Shown here one piece after another: positions 1 through 7,023 of a stretch of DNA of 64,000 nucleotides. The DNA is taken from IMG/VR virus record IMGVR_UViG_3300037130_000236; one strand, written 5' to 3'. The notes under the pieces are model-generated. The model searched no databases, had not been told where the DNA came from, and worked only from the letters and a program-made list of their open reading frames with translations. Within the stretch, counting starts at the first letter, position 1; every line of letters starts with the position of its first letter. This stretch comes from a virus. A program made the position numbers and the translations under genes.

Positions 1-445
1 TATCGACCCACACATGATCCTCTGTCGCTCCCCGCGGTTCTACGGCGATGAAGTGGTCTGGCGTGATACTGGTGCAGGTCACTCGATGTCCGTCCCAGAT
101 GAACTGGCGGCCGACAAACATACGCTCACCCTCGAGGATGAAGGGCTTCCGACCGGCCCATTCTTCGTATGCCTGGCAGGCGGAGATGTTGCGAACGTCC
201 ACCGCGGCGCTGTAAAACCGCTCGTGTTCACAGCCAAACCAATAACCGCCCCGAAAGTCGTCCATGAGTTTCTTGAAGTCGCACTTCATAAATCTCATAC
301 CGCTGGTGATCGCAAGCACGACTGCCGAGTGCATGGAATGGTTTAGGCGTTGCCACGCATGTCCGGGTGTGGCCTCCTGATTCCTGTTCCAAACGTGCTT
401 GCACAGCACGTAAGCAGGGCTCTTGTATTTGGTGGGACGAAGCAT
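1..445 (-). CDS. Hypothetical protein, runs off the left edge
   Basis: Manual translation MLRPTKYKSPAYVLCKHVW... open to position 1; AAGGAG RBS before ATG at 445; absent from ORF track. Confidence 0.6.
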   Translation of the reverse strand, partial: MLRPTKYKSPAYVLCKHVWNRNQEATPGHAWQRLNHSMHSAVVLAITSGMRFMKCDFKKLMDDFRGGYWFGCEHERFYSAAVDVRNISACQAYEEWAGRKPFILEGERMFVGRQFIWDGHRVTCTSITPDHFIAVEPRGATEDHVWVD

Positions 446-519
446 GGGTCTCCTTGTCTGGCTACAACCAGATTGAACTGTGAGCTTGCAAATTGGGATA
501 AGGGAAACTGCTTAGGTCT

Positions 520-662
520 TGGGGGAGATGGCAGGATTTGAACCTGCAATTCCCGGGTCAGCTGCATTGCCCCGCAGCGTTACCGCTCTCGGTCACCATG
601 CGTGACCCAGGAAACCGGCGCAAGACCGGCGGGCTATCCGATACCACTGCCAATCATCTCCC
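520..662 (-). tRNA. tRNA-like RNA (143 nt) with 66-nt branched variable arm; identity unclear
   Basis: GGGAGATG/CATCTCCC acceptor (G-1:C73-type) + CCA; T arm GCAGG-TTCAAAT-CCTGC; anticodon-like arm GCCGG-TCTTGCG-CCGGT; insert closed by TTCCTGGGTCA/TGACCCGGGAA. Confidence 0.7.
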
Positions 663-666
663 ACAT

Positions 667-1011
667 CTATTCTGGCAGCTCTTGATCGATCAGCTCTGCC
701 AGCTCGATGTTCCGGGCGCTCGCCGCGCGCAGAAATGCTTTCGATGCGTCTTCCATCTCTAATGCGGCATCGTATTCCGCATCGCCAGAGTCGCCTTCCT
801 TGGCCACATCGAACCTCTTGATGGCCTTGATCAGGCTTTTCGCTTCGTCTAGCATGGAGGCTTCCTCATCATCTGAAGGGTGTGGCGGAACAAATACATG
901 GCCACAGTTTTGGCACGCTTGGCCGGCCACGGCCTCAAGAGGGATTTCCAGTCCACAGTCTGGGCAAACACCATCTTGATAACTGCGAATGATCGAAATG
1001 CTTTCCGACAT
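667..1011 (-). CDS. Zn-ribbon hypothetical protein
   Basis: CPDC...CQNC pairs; GGAG RBS before MSESIS (start trimmed from track ORF). Confidence 0.6.
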   Translation of the reverse strand: MSESISIIRSYQDGVCPDCGLEIPLEAVAGQACQNCGHVFVPPHPSDDEEASMLDEAKSLIKAIKRFDVAKEGDSGDAEYDAALEMEDASKAFLRAASARNIELAELIDQELPE

Positions 1012-1019
1012 ATGTGCTC

Positions 1020-1661
1020 CTACTGGGGATCCCAGCCGATCTGTTCGATCACATCGGTATCGTGATGCTCGTAACCGCGAAGCTCTGCCTGGCCGACCGT
1101 CACCGGGTCTTGTATGCCCATCGTGATTCGTTGGCACAGCCTGTGGGTCAAGACGATTCCGACAGCCACGCTCAGATTGAAGCAGTGGTAGGCCGGGATC
1201 TTGATGAACCGATGGCAGAGCGCGCGGTAGACCTGTGGAATGGAACCATCCTCGGGTCCGAAGAGGTAAACTCCCCGGTCGGGATGGATGAAGTCGTTCA
1301 GTGGTTCTGCGTTCTCTACGACCTCGATCGCCACCGGTGTAATCCCCGGTTCGAACAGGTCGAGAGGCTTATCGCTGGTGCCCCATTGAACATCGGCATA
1401 CCCGCGCATGCGTTCTTCCCGCGGCAGCCTGTCATAGTCATGGGGATTGACCCGCTTTCCTGTCCACAGCAGATTGTCGATTCCCGTGCAGGAACAGGTG
1501 CGCAGGACACCACCAACATTGCGGACGTATTTCGGGTTCACCAGAACGACGCCGCTGCCTTGCAGCGGCAGCCGGGCGCCGTGCTGTAGGCAACGCCTGA
1601 GTACCTTCTTGCTTTCAAACAGACATCCGCATTTCTCAGCTCTCAGTGCGTCAGTTGCCAT
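1020..1661 (-). CDS. SpoU/TrmH-family SPOUT RNA 2'-O-methyltransferase
   Basis: Motifs NVGGVLRT, YLFGPEDGSIP, IKIPAYHCFNLSVAVGIVL match the SPOUT knot pattern. Confidence 0.88.
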   Translation of the reverse strand: MATDALRAEKCGCLFESKKVLRRCLQHGARLPLQGSGVVLVNPKYVRNVGGVLRTCSCTGIDNLLWTGKRVNPHDYDRLPREERMRGYADVQWGTSDKPLDLFEPGITPVAIEVVENAEPLNDFIHPDRGVYLFGPEDGSIPQVYRALCHRFIKIPAYHCFNLSVAVGIVLTHRLCQRITMGIQDPVTVGQAELRGYEHHDTDVIEQIGWDPQ

Positions 1662-1667
1662 GATTCC

Positions 1668-2108
1668 TCAGTATTGTGCGAGTGTGATTGCCGTGACATT
1701 GAACCGGCGTTTGGCCTTGTCGTAGATGTCGTCCAGATCGAGATCGATGCGTTCGCCGGCGCTGTTGAAGGCCGTTGCATGCCCGTTGATGTAGCGCAGC
1801 TTTTCACTGCCTATTTGCTCAAAGACAACGATCTGATCGTCCTGAATCAGTTCTGCCAGCTCGGCTACAAGATCGACTTCATCATTGTCCTCGTCTGCAC
1901 CGAAATCGACCGTCGGCCAACCGCCGCTGTCGTTGACAGCGTCATCCGGCGCAACTCCAAACAGCTTTCTGGGATCTTTGCCGTCGGCCGGTTTCTCTTC
2001 CATTTCTTCCCAAACCTCCAGGCCGCGCTTGGCTGCCCACGCGCGGAAAGCAGCCTCATCCTTTACCGCAAAGTAGTTGCTGCGTGCACTGCCGTACCAG
2101 TTTGCCAT
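1668..2108 (-). CDS. Hypothetical acidic protein
   Basis: 146 aa ORF with GGAG RBS, in tandem with neighbours. Confidence 0.75.
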   Translation of the reverse strand: MANWYGSARSNYFAVKDEAAFRAWAAKRGLEVWEEMEEKPADGKDPRKLFGVAPDDAVNDSGGWPTVDFGADEDNDEVDLVAELAELIQDDQIVVFEQIGSEKLRYINGHATAFNSAGERIDLDLDDIYDKAKRRFNVTAITLAQY

Positions 2109-2182
2109 GTGGTTCTCTCCTAGTCGCGGTACCGTTTCATCCGGTCCACCACTTGTTCGCGCGTTTCACCTTGCGGCTGTAT

Positions 2183-2686
2183 TCACGCCGCAGTTTGTTC
2201 CAGCGCCACCACTCCAGAAATGCCTTGATCATTGCGCTCCCAACTCTTGTTCGCCATCAGGTCAAGCCAGTACATCCGCTCGGCCATCAGAATCCGGCCC
2301 AGCCAGTTCGTGCCTTGGCCATTGCAGACACCGTAGAAATAGTCATGCCAGGTGTTGCCCTCAACAAGATCGTGAGGGAAGGTATTCACCAGCTGAATGC
2401 GAATGTCCTTGTTCTGGGCGAACTTGGCATGAACCACCTCGGACATGACGATCAGACTGATCTCTTTCCAGTCCGGCCGCGTGAGATGCTTCAGCTCCTT
2501 CGAAAGCTTCTTGGCGCCTTTGCCATCCGTGCTCTCGTACTTGAGCCTGTATTCCTCGTCCCGCGGCAACAATTTGGCTGCCTGATACGCACTCTCGCTG
2601 TTTTGGTACAGGTGGCCGCTATGCCAGAGCGGCGCCTCATGGAAGTTCGACAACCAACGATATTCGCCCATGAATGAATCGATCAT
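2183..2686 (-). CDS. NADAR (YbiA-like) family protein
   Basis: WLSNF, SESAYQAAK, M..VVHAKFAQN, LVEGNTWHDYFYG, NWLGRILM motifs; start trimmed to MIDSF. Confidence 0.9.
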   Translation of the reverse strand: MIDSFMGEYRWLSNFHEAPLWHSGHLYQNSESAYQAAKLLPRDEEYRLKYESTDGKGAKKLSKELKHLTRPDWKEISLIVMSEVVHAKFAQNKDIRIQLVNTFPHDLVEGNTWHDYFYGVCNGQGTNWLGRILMAERMYWLDLMANKSWERNDQGISGVVALEQTAA

Positions 2687-2814
2687 CTTCAACCTTTCCG
2701 TCCCTGTGTCCCGATAGGAGCATCGCCAAACGTTCCCGTCAGAAACACAGGGCACGGGCGGTGAGACCGGATCGTTGGCGCGACCGGTACGCAGTCTCTT
2801 TCCGCAGCTTGAGG

Positions 2815-3057
2815 CTACCGAGGTTTAACCTCAGTGCCCGTCCAAACGTGTGTTGCGGGTTCGGGCTTCATGGTCTTGGGTAGCTGCCGGCCTTCCCAGT
2901 GAACTTCGCTGGGCTCAAAGGTTCGGCTGTATTCACACGCTGTTTCCGCGTCCTCGTCACCTTCGAGGGCTTTCTTGAAAGCCTCTTCGATGGTCTCGGC
3001 TTCCACTTCCTTGGTGGCCCAGTGAAGCTCGGGTACTTCGATCTCAAACCTTGCCAT
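2815..3057 (-). CDS. Hypothetical protein
   Basis: 80 aa ORF with GGAG RBS. Confidence 0.65.
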   Translation of the reverse strand: MARFEIEVPELHWATKEVEAETIEEAFKKALEGDEDAETACEYSRTFEPSEVHWEGRQLPKTMKPEPATHVWTGTEVKPR

Positions 3058-3177
3058 CGGTTCCTCCGTTGCAGGGTACTTCGTAGGCTTCGTGAAGGTC
3101 GTCGGCCATCATCAGGAAGCGGCGCGCGCCTTCGCGCAAGCAGGCTTCATCCAACAGGATGGGATACCAAAGTCATT

Positions 3178-3510
3178 TCACTTCACTCGCACCATCGTCG
3201 TTGTAGCGAGGGTGTCGTAGACGGTGTCCAGCATCTGTTTGGCTAAGGCTCGTCCATCCGGATCGGCCATCAGAGCCACAAACTCCGGACTCTCGTTCCA
3301 CAGGCTGAAGACCAGCGCTTTGAGGCCGGCGATGTCGCCACGGTCAATGAACTCCGAGCACCGCTCGCAGGCAGCCCAGACACGCGTGTAGTTGTGAGCG
3401 GGGCCGACTTCCGGCCCGGACTCCACAAACATGCGAACCAAGATGTCTTGGCCCGCGTCATAATGTCGTGTGGCTAAGCGCTGACTGCAGAAATCACAAT
3501 TGTCTGGCAT
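3178..3510 (-). CDS. Hypothetical protein with two CxxC pairs
   Basis: CDFC, CERC; AAGGAG RBS. Confidence 0.7.
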   Translation of the reverse strand: MPDNCDFCSQRLATRHYDAGQDILVRMFVESGPEVGPAHNYTRVWAACERCSEFIDRGDIAGLKALVFSLWNESPEFVALMADPDGRALAKQMLDTVYDTLATTTMVRVK

Positions 3511-3525
3511 CGTGCTCCTTCAAAT

Positions 3526-3615
3526 TGGCAGGGGCGACAGGATTTGAACCTGCAGTGAACTTGCGTTCCGTGGCTTTGGAGACCACTGTGCCGAACCGGA
3601 TTGCACATCACCCCT
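3526..3615 (-). tRNA. tRNA-Trp(CCA) with 16-nt long variable arm
   Basis: AGGGGTG/CGCCCCT + G73 + CCA; D stem GTGC/GCAC; anticodon arm GTGGT-CTCCAAA-GCCAC; variable hairpin GAAC-GCAA-GTTC; T arm GCAGG-TTCAAAT-CCTGT. Confidence 0.9.
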
Positions 3616-3964
3616 GTGCTGTCCACTCGTTGAGACACTGACGGCAGTTGTATTGTGCCGCGGTCTCGGTGGTCCGCATATCATTCTTGGTTGTCCGAAT
3701 GGTTATCTCGACTGAATCTACATTCCAGCTGAGGCATTTCGGACACTCCACATGTGTTGGTAACGGTCGAAGCATCGAGCCGCCAGGAAACTCCTTGCGC
3801 GCCTCGATCTCTTCAACCACACTCTTGACTTCTGCTTCGGTGAAGGGACGCCCCTTCACCCGAGCGGCCAGAACATCGTTCACTTTGAGCCAGAACGGGG
3901 CATCCCATCGTCCGTGGGAACTGAAGCTCACCCAGCTCATGGGAATCTCGCCTATTTGTGACAT
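3608..3964 (-). CDS. Hypothetical Zn-ribbon protein; stop codon overlaps tRNA-Trp 5' end
   Basis: CPKC...CRQC; TGA at 3608-3610 lies inside the tRNA's first 8 nt. Confidence 0.65.
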   Translation of the reverse strand: MSQIGEIPMSWVSFSSHGRWDAPFWLKVNDVLAARVKGRPFTEAEVKSVVEEIEARKEFPGGSMLRPLPTHVECPKCLSWNVDSVEITIRTTKNDMRTTETAAQYNCRQCLNEWTAQG

Positions 3965-4965
3965 TTGGCCTTCGTGTCCTTGGTCAGCTTCTTGAAGTTG
4001 TAGACCCAGATCTTCGACTCAACGGCATTCGGCGGCAGTGGGAAAGTGATCCCGGCCTTAGCCTCGACGTTGGTCAGCATCGTGTGGACACTCTCCAGGT
4101 CGTTGCCCAGATCGCCGGCCTGAGGAAACAGGAAGGCGACGTACTGGCCCGTCACGATATCGACCACGATCTTGTAGAAACCCGTGGGCACATCCACTTG
4201 GTCGGTGCCGATCTTCTTGTCCGTGGCCACGTCATAGACTGGCCCGGCATAGATCAGATAGGTATGACCGCTCTCGTAGGCGCCGGCGCGAACCGCCGTC
4301 TCGAGCAGCTTCCACAACCCTCGGTTCAAACCCGGGCGCTGAGGCGTCATATTGGAGAGCATGAAGCTCTCCCGTTCCACATCCGGATCCCAGCGCATGT
4401 CGCCGTCCGGAGCAATGTGGCCCATATCGAATCCGCTGCCCACATAGTCAGCCGGCTTGGCGCGACCGCCCTCCGGAAGGGTATCGTCGGCAGCAAAGGC
4501 ATTGCTGCGCACTTCGCAGCCAACCGCATGTTCAGGCGTCAGGGTGTAAGACACCCACTCCGGAAGCTTGGCCACCTCATCGCTGTATACCAGATAGGCT
4601 CGCCGGCAAATGTAGGCGTGCGTACTGTCAGCCGTGAGCAATTCTCCCCTGATGGTCAGAGGTGTCCCATAGGGAACGAACTGATGACAGGAGCTGAGGG
4701 GCTGTTCTGGAGGAGCTGAGTAGACAGTGGGTGCCAAGATCAGGGCGACCATGGCAACGGCCACAGCAAAGCCAAGTCCGCGGCAGAGTCTCTTGACTTG
4801 GCTGAGGGCACATGGAAAAGCCTTCTCATGTCCACACTCAATGCACCGCAGCTTGGTGCGCTCGGGGGTAACGGGCTTCATGATGCCGCCACACACCCAT
4901 GGGGTTGGGATAAACCCGAAGATCTTCACACGACAATCGCAAACGAATGCGCTTCCAAGTTGCAT
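3952..4965 (-). CDS. DNA/RNA non-specific endonuclease (EndoG/NucA-like) with Cys-rich N-terminus and TM/signal segment
   Basis: PEWVSY, R..F..D, DMGH (DRGH-like), SFMLSNMTPQ...LNRGLW, IYAGPVY, VPTGFYKIV. Confidence 0.9.
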   Translation of the reverse strand: MQLGSAFVCDCRVKIFGFIPTPWVCGGIMKPVTPERTKLRCIECGHEKAFPCALSQVKRLCRGLGFAVAVAMVALILAPTVYSAPPEQPLSSCHQFVPYGTPLTIRGELLTADSTHAYICRRAYLVYSDEVAKLPEWVSYTLTPEHAVGCEVRSNAFAADDTLPEGGRAKPADYVGSGFDMGHIAPDGDMRWDPDVERESFMLSNMTPQRPGLNRGLWKLLETAVRAGAYESGHTYLIYAGPVYDVATDKKIGTDQVDVPTGFYKIVVDIVTGQYVAFLFPQAGDLGNDLESVHTMLTNVEAKAGITFPLPPNAVESKIWVYNFKKLTKDTKAKCHK

Positions 4966-4990
4966 TTGGCACTCACTTTCTGGTTCAAAT

Positions 4991-5031
4991 CTCCCGCCGG
5001 GAAAGGGTTCACCGGGCTAACCCGGCGGGAG
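4991..5031. other. GC-rich hairpin upstream of nuclease gene
   Basis: CTCCCGCCGGG ... CCCGGCGGGAG 11-bp inverted repeat; no clear U-tract. Confidence 0.4.
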
Positions 5032-5066
5032 GGGTGGCGTTGTCCTTGATCTTGGACGACCTGAGC

Positions 5067-5414
5067 TTACGCACCAGGACGGGATTCACAACCCGTATTC
5101 ACGCCCGCTTGTGGCTCCGGCTGCACCGGAACAAATTTGCTTCCCGACTCTCTCATCGCCGCGAGAATACGAGCAGCCCGTTCTGTATCAAAGCTCTCGG
5201 GACGGCCGTCGTAGCAGCCTGGAATTCTCCCCGTGCTTGCCCGATAGCAACGGCTTCTGATCTCGTCGGCCAATTTACGATCCGCTTCAGTCGGCGTCAC
5301 ATCGCATTTGAGACAGCGGTCGTTGACAATCTGATTGCAGCCGCAGCGATCGCAGAACGCATACCCATCAGCTCGATAGTTGATACCGTTCTTTAACGCA
5401 TACTCGTCCTGCAT
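5067..5414 (-). CDS. Hypothetical Cys-rich protein
   Basis: CDRCGC...CLKC; GGAG RBS before MQDEY (start trimmed out of the tRNA-like gene). Confidence 0.6.
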   Translation of the reverse strand: MQDEYALKNGINYRADGYAFCDRCGCNQIVNDRCLKCDVTPTEADRKLADEIRSRCYRASTGRIPGCYDGRPESFDTERAARILAAMRESGSKFVPVQPEPQAGVNTGCESRPGA

Positions 5415-5428
5415 TGTTTCTCCATTCA

Positions 5429-5559
5429 TGGTGGGGCAAGGAGGACTTGAACCTCCATGCAACGCCGGTCATGCAGCCCGGCTGCGCCTATCCTGCAGGG
5501 TTGAGCACTGTTGCGCCGGATTATCGGTCCGGTGTGTCTACCAGTTTCACCATCGCCCC
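5429..5559 (-). tRNA. tRNA-like RNA (131 nt), GAT anticodon, Leu-like D arm, 59-nt branched variable arm
   Basis: GGGGCGA/TTGCCCC + A73 + CCA; D arm GTG-AAACTGGTAGA-CAC; CCGGA-CCGATAA-TCCGG; insert closed by GCAAC/GTTGC; T arm GGAGG-TTCAAGT-CCTCC. Confidence 0.75.
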
Positions 5560-5564
5560 ATTTG

Positions 5565-6000
5565 AGGAGCCGAGCCCAGAAGGCTTATTAGGCCAGCCCG
5601 GGCCCGGCTCCGAAGGTTCCGAAATTGGGTCACCTATCAAACCATCAGAGGGTTACACTGCGTTCGCCACCCACAATCGCCAGAATGCTGTGATTCACCG
5701 ATTAGCTCCATGCGCGCTATGAATTGACAGCTCACTTCCTGGGCCGTCCGAAGGCTTACCAGAGCGCGTACCACGGCTGGTTGGGGCATTCTCCCACCTC
5801 TGCTTCGTTGGTTCCGAAGAACCGATCTCGTGCCAGGGGACGGATTTGTCACCGTCATCTCTCCGGCGGATTAACGCGTCTCCGCAGGCCGCTCTACTTC
5901 TTGAGCTACTCCCGACTCAATACTTCAACCGGTGTGCTGTTACGCTAAAGAGTCCATGTCTCGCCTTACCAGGCCAGCCGCAGTTTGCGTAGCAAGAAAC
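5565..6000 (-). ncRNA. Candidate large structured ncRNA directly upstream of the tRNA-like gene
   Basis: No convincing ORF; 12-bp stem 5566-5577/5600-5611; GGTTC-TTCG-GAACC hairpin 5810-5823; further CCTTCGG loops; embedded D-arm-like TAGCTCAAGAAGTAGAGC. Confidence 0.5.
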
Positions 6001-6003
6001 GTG

Positions 6004-6138
6004 TCAACTGCGACCCGCGTGCCAATAGCGTTTGGCGTGAATGCAGCAATTCCCGGCGAGCAGCCGGCCTGCTTCATCTCTGCACCCCGAACTGCCACGC
6101 ATACCATTCCGATACGTCTCCGGCAGTCCCCGTGTCAC
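6004..6138 (-). CDS. Small hypothetical protein (44 aa)
   Basis: AAGGAG RBS + GTG; MTRGLPETYRNG...HAGRS; below track length cutoff. Confidence 0.4.
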   Translation of the reverse strand: MTRGLPETYRNGMRGSSGCRDEAGRLLAGNCCIHAKRYWHAGRS

Positions 6139-6194
6139 GACTCACTCCTTGGAGGATGGCTGCTATCAAGCCAACCTTCCGGTTGAAGAACTTG

Positions 6195-6425
6195 TTAGGC
6201 CGCGGCGGTCAGCGTGACCGAACTGATGGGGGTCGGCGCCGAAGCGGCGGGCTTGGCTGCCTTGGTTGCCTTGGCGGGCTTCGCAGCGGTCGCCGGCGCG
6301 TTGGCGGCGATCTTCTGGCTGGCGATCGCGGTAAAGAAGTTCAGCGCGGTCTGGGTTTGCTCGACGGTTGCGGTTGCAATGTATTCCACCAGGTACTGCT
6401 CAAAGCTCTTGGCTTTCTTTGCCAT
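6195..6425 (-). CDS. Small protein with Ala/Lys/Pro-rich (histone H1-like) tail
   Basis: MAKKAK... AAKPAKATKAAKPAA; GAGGA RBS. Confidence 0.65.
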   Translation of the reverse strand: MAKKAKSFEQYLVEYIATATVEQTQTALNFFTAIASQKIAANAPATAAKPAKATKAAKPAASAPTPISSVTLTAAA

Positions 6426-6429
6426 TCGA

Positions 6430-6760
6430 ATTCCTCTTTCGGTTGGGTTAATGATTGAGCCACACAGGACTGTTGTTCCTGTCTCTTTCACCGTGTTCAG
6501 GATCGAGACTGACGGGATCCATCCTGTGTGGTCCAGTCATGAGCGTTTTGTTCCGCCGGACTCGCTCCCACCGGTCTTAATGCCCGATCCGAGTGCTAGG
6601 TGAAGCCGTACAGCATGGCTTCACTGGCACTGCGTCGTAGGCATCTTTTGGGGCATCACGGTTGAACTCGTGACATCCTCCACCACCTGATGTGTTTCAT
6701 GGCATCAGGACCACTCCTTGGTTTTACTGGCCAAGAACAGGTCGCACCATCAGGGAAAAC
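6430..6760 (-). ncRNA. Candidate structured leader RNA
   Basis: Hairpins CCTGATG/CATCAGG, TCACG/CGTGA, GTGAAGCC/GGCTTCAC, CCACACAGGA/TCCTGTGTGG. Confidence 0.35.
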
Positions 6761-6762
6761 CC

Positions 6763-7023
6763 TTATGGCGTTTGATCTGCCGTCAGTTTGACAAGATCAG
6801 TTGAACTACCAAAGCTTCCATCGGCGTTTCCTTGCCTGAATCGACGCACAGCAGATTGGCCAATTACACGCAGAAGGTTTGCTGATATCCGCAACTCCAG
6901 GATTTCTCCTTGGAGCCTGCGGATTTCGGTTCCTAATCGTGTCATCATCTGTTCGTGACAATCTGCGCAAACAGCCCGTCGCATTCGTCTCGACGAGCAC
7001 TTTTGACATACGCACATGTTCAT
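6763..7023 (-). CDS. Hypothetical protein, N-terminal Cys cluster plus coiled coil
   Basis: MNMCVCQKC...CADC; start trimmed. Confidence 0.5.
   Translation of the reverse strand: MNMCVCQKCSSRRMRRAVCADCHEQMMTRLGTEIRRLQGEILELRISANLLRVIGQSAVRRFRQGNADGSFGSSTDLVKLTADQTP

Noticed and set aside
14-346. + strand 110-aa ORF
   Set aside because: Shadow of an RBS-supported - strand gene (445 to <1) that matches local gene orientation
3526-3615. UGA suppressor (Hirsh-like A24) implying genome recoding
   Set aside because: U11-A24 occurs in normal tRNA-Trp of other bacteria; genes here end in TAA, TAG and TGA and core genes are not fragmented
4982-4995. GGTTCAAATC T-loop-like sequence on + strand
   Set aside because: No T stem, acceptor stem or CCA
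520-5559. tmRNA or tRNA-Sec interpretation of the long tRNA-like genes
   Set aside because: No G3:U70 pair (A3:U70 and G3:C70), no tag ORF, too short for tmRNA; no TCA anticodon
5565-6000. Group I intron, RNase P or SRP RNA
   Set aside because: Could not find P/Q/R/S elements, GAGGAAAGUCC or the SRP helix-8 motif by eye
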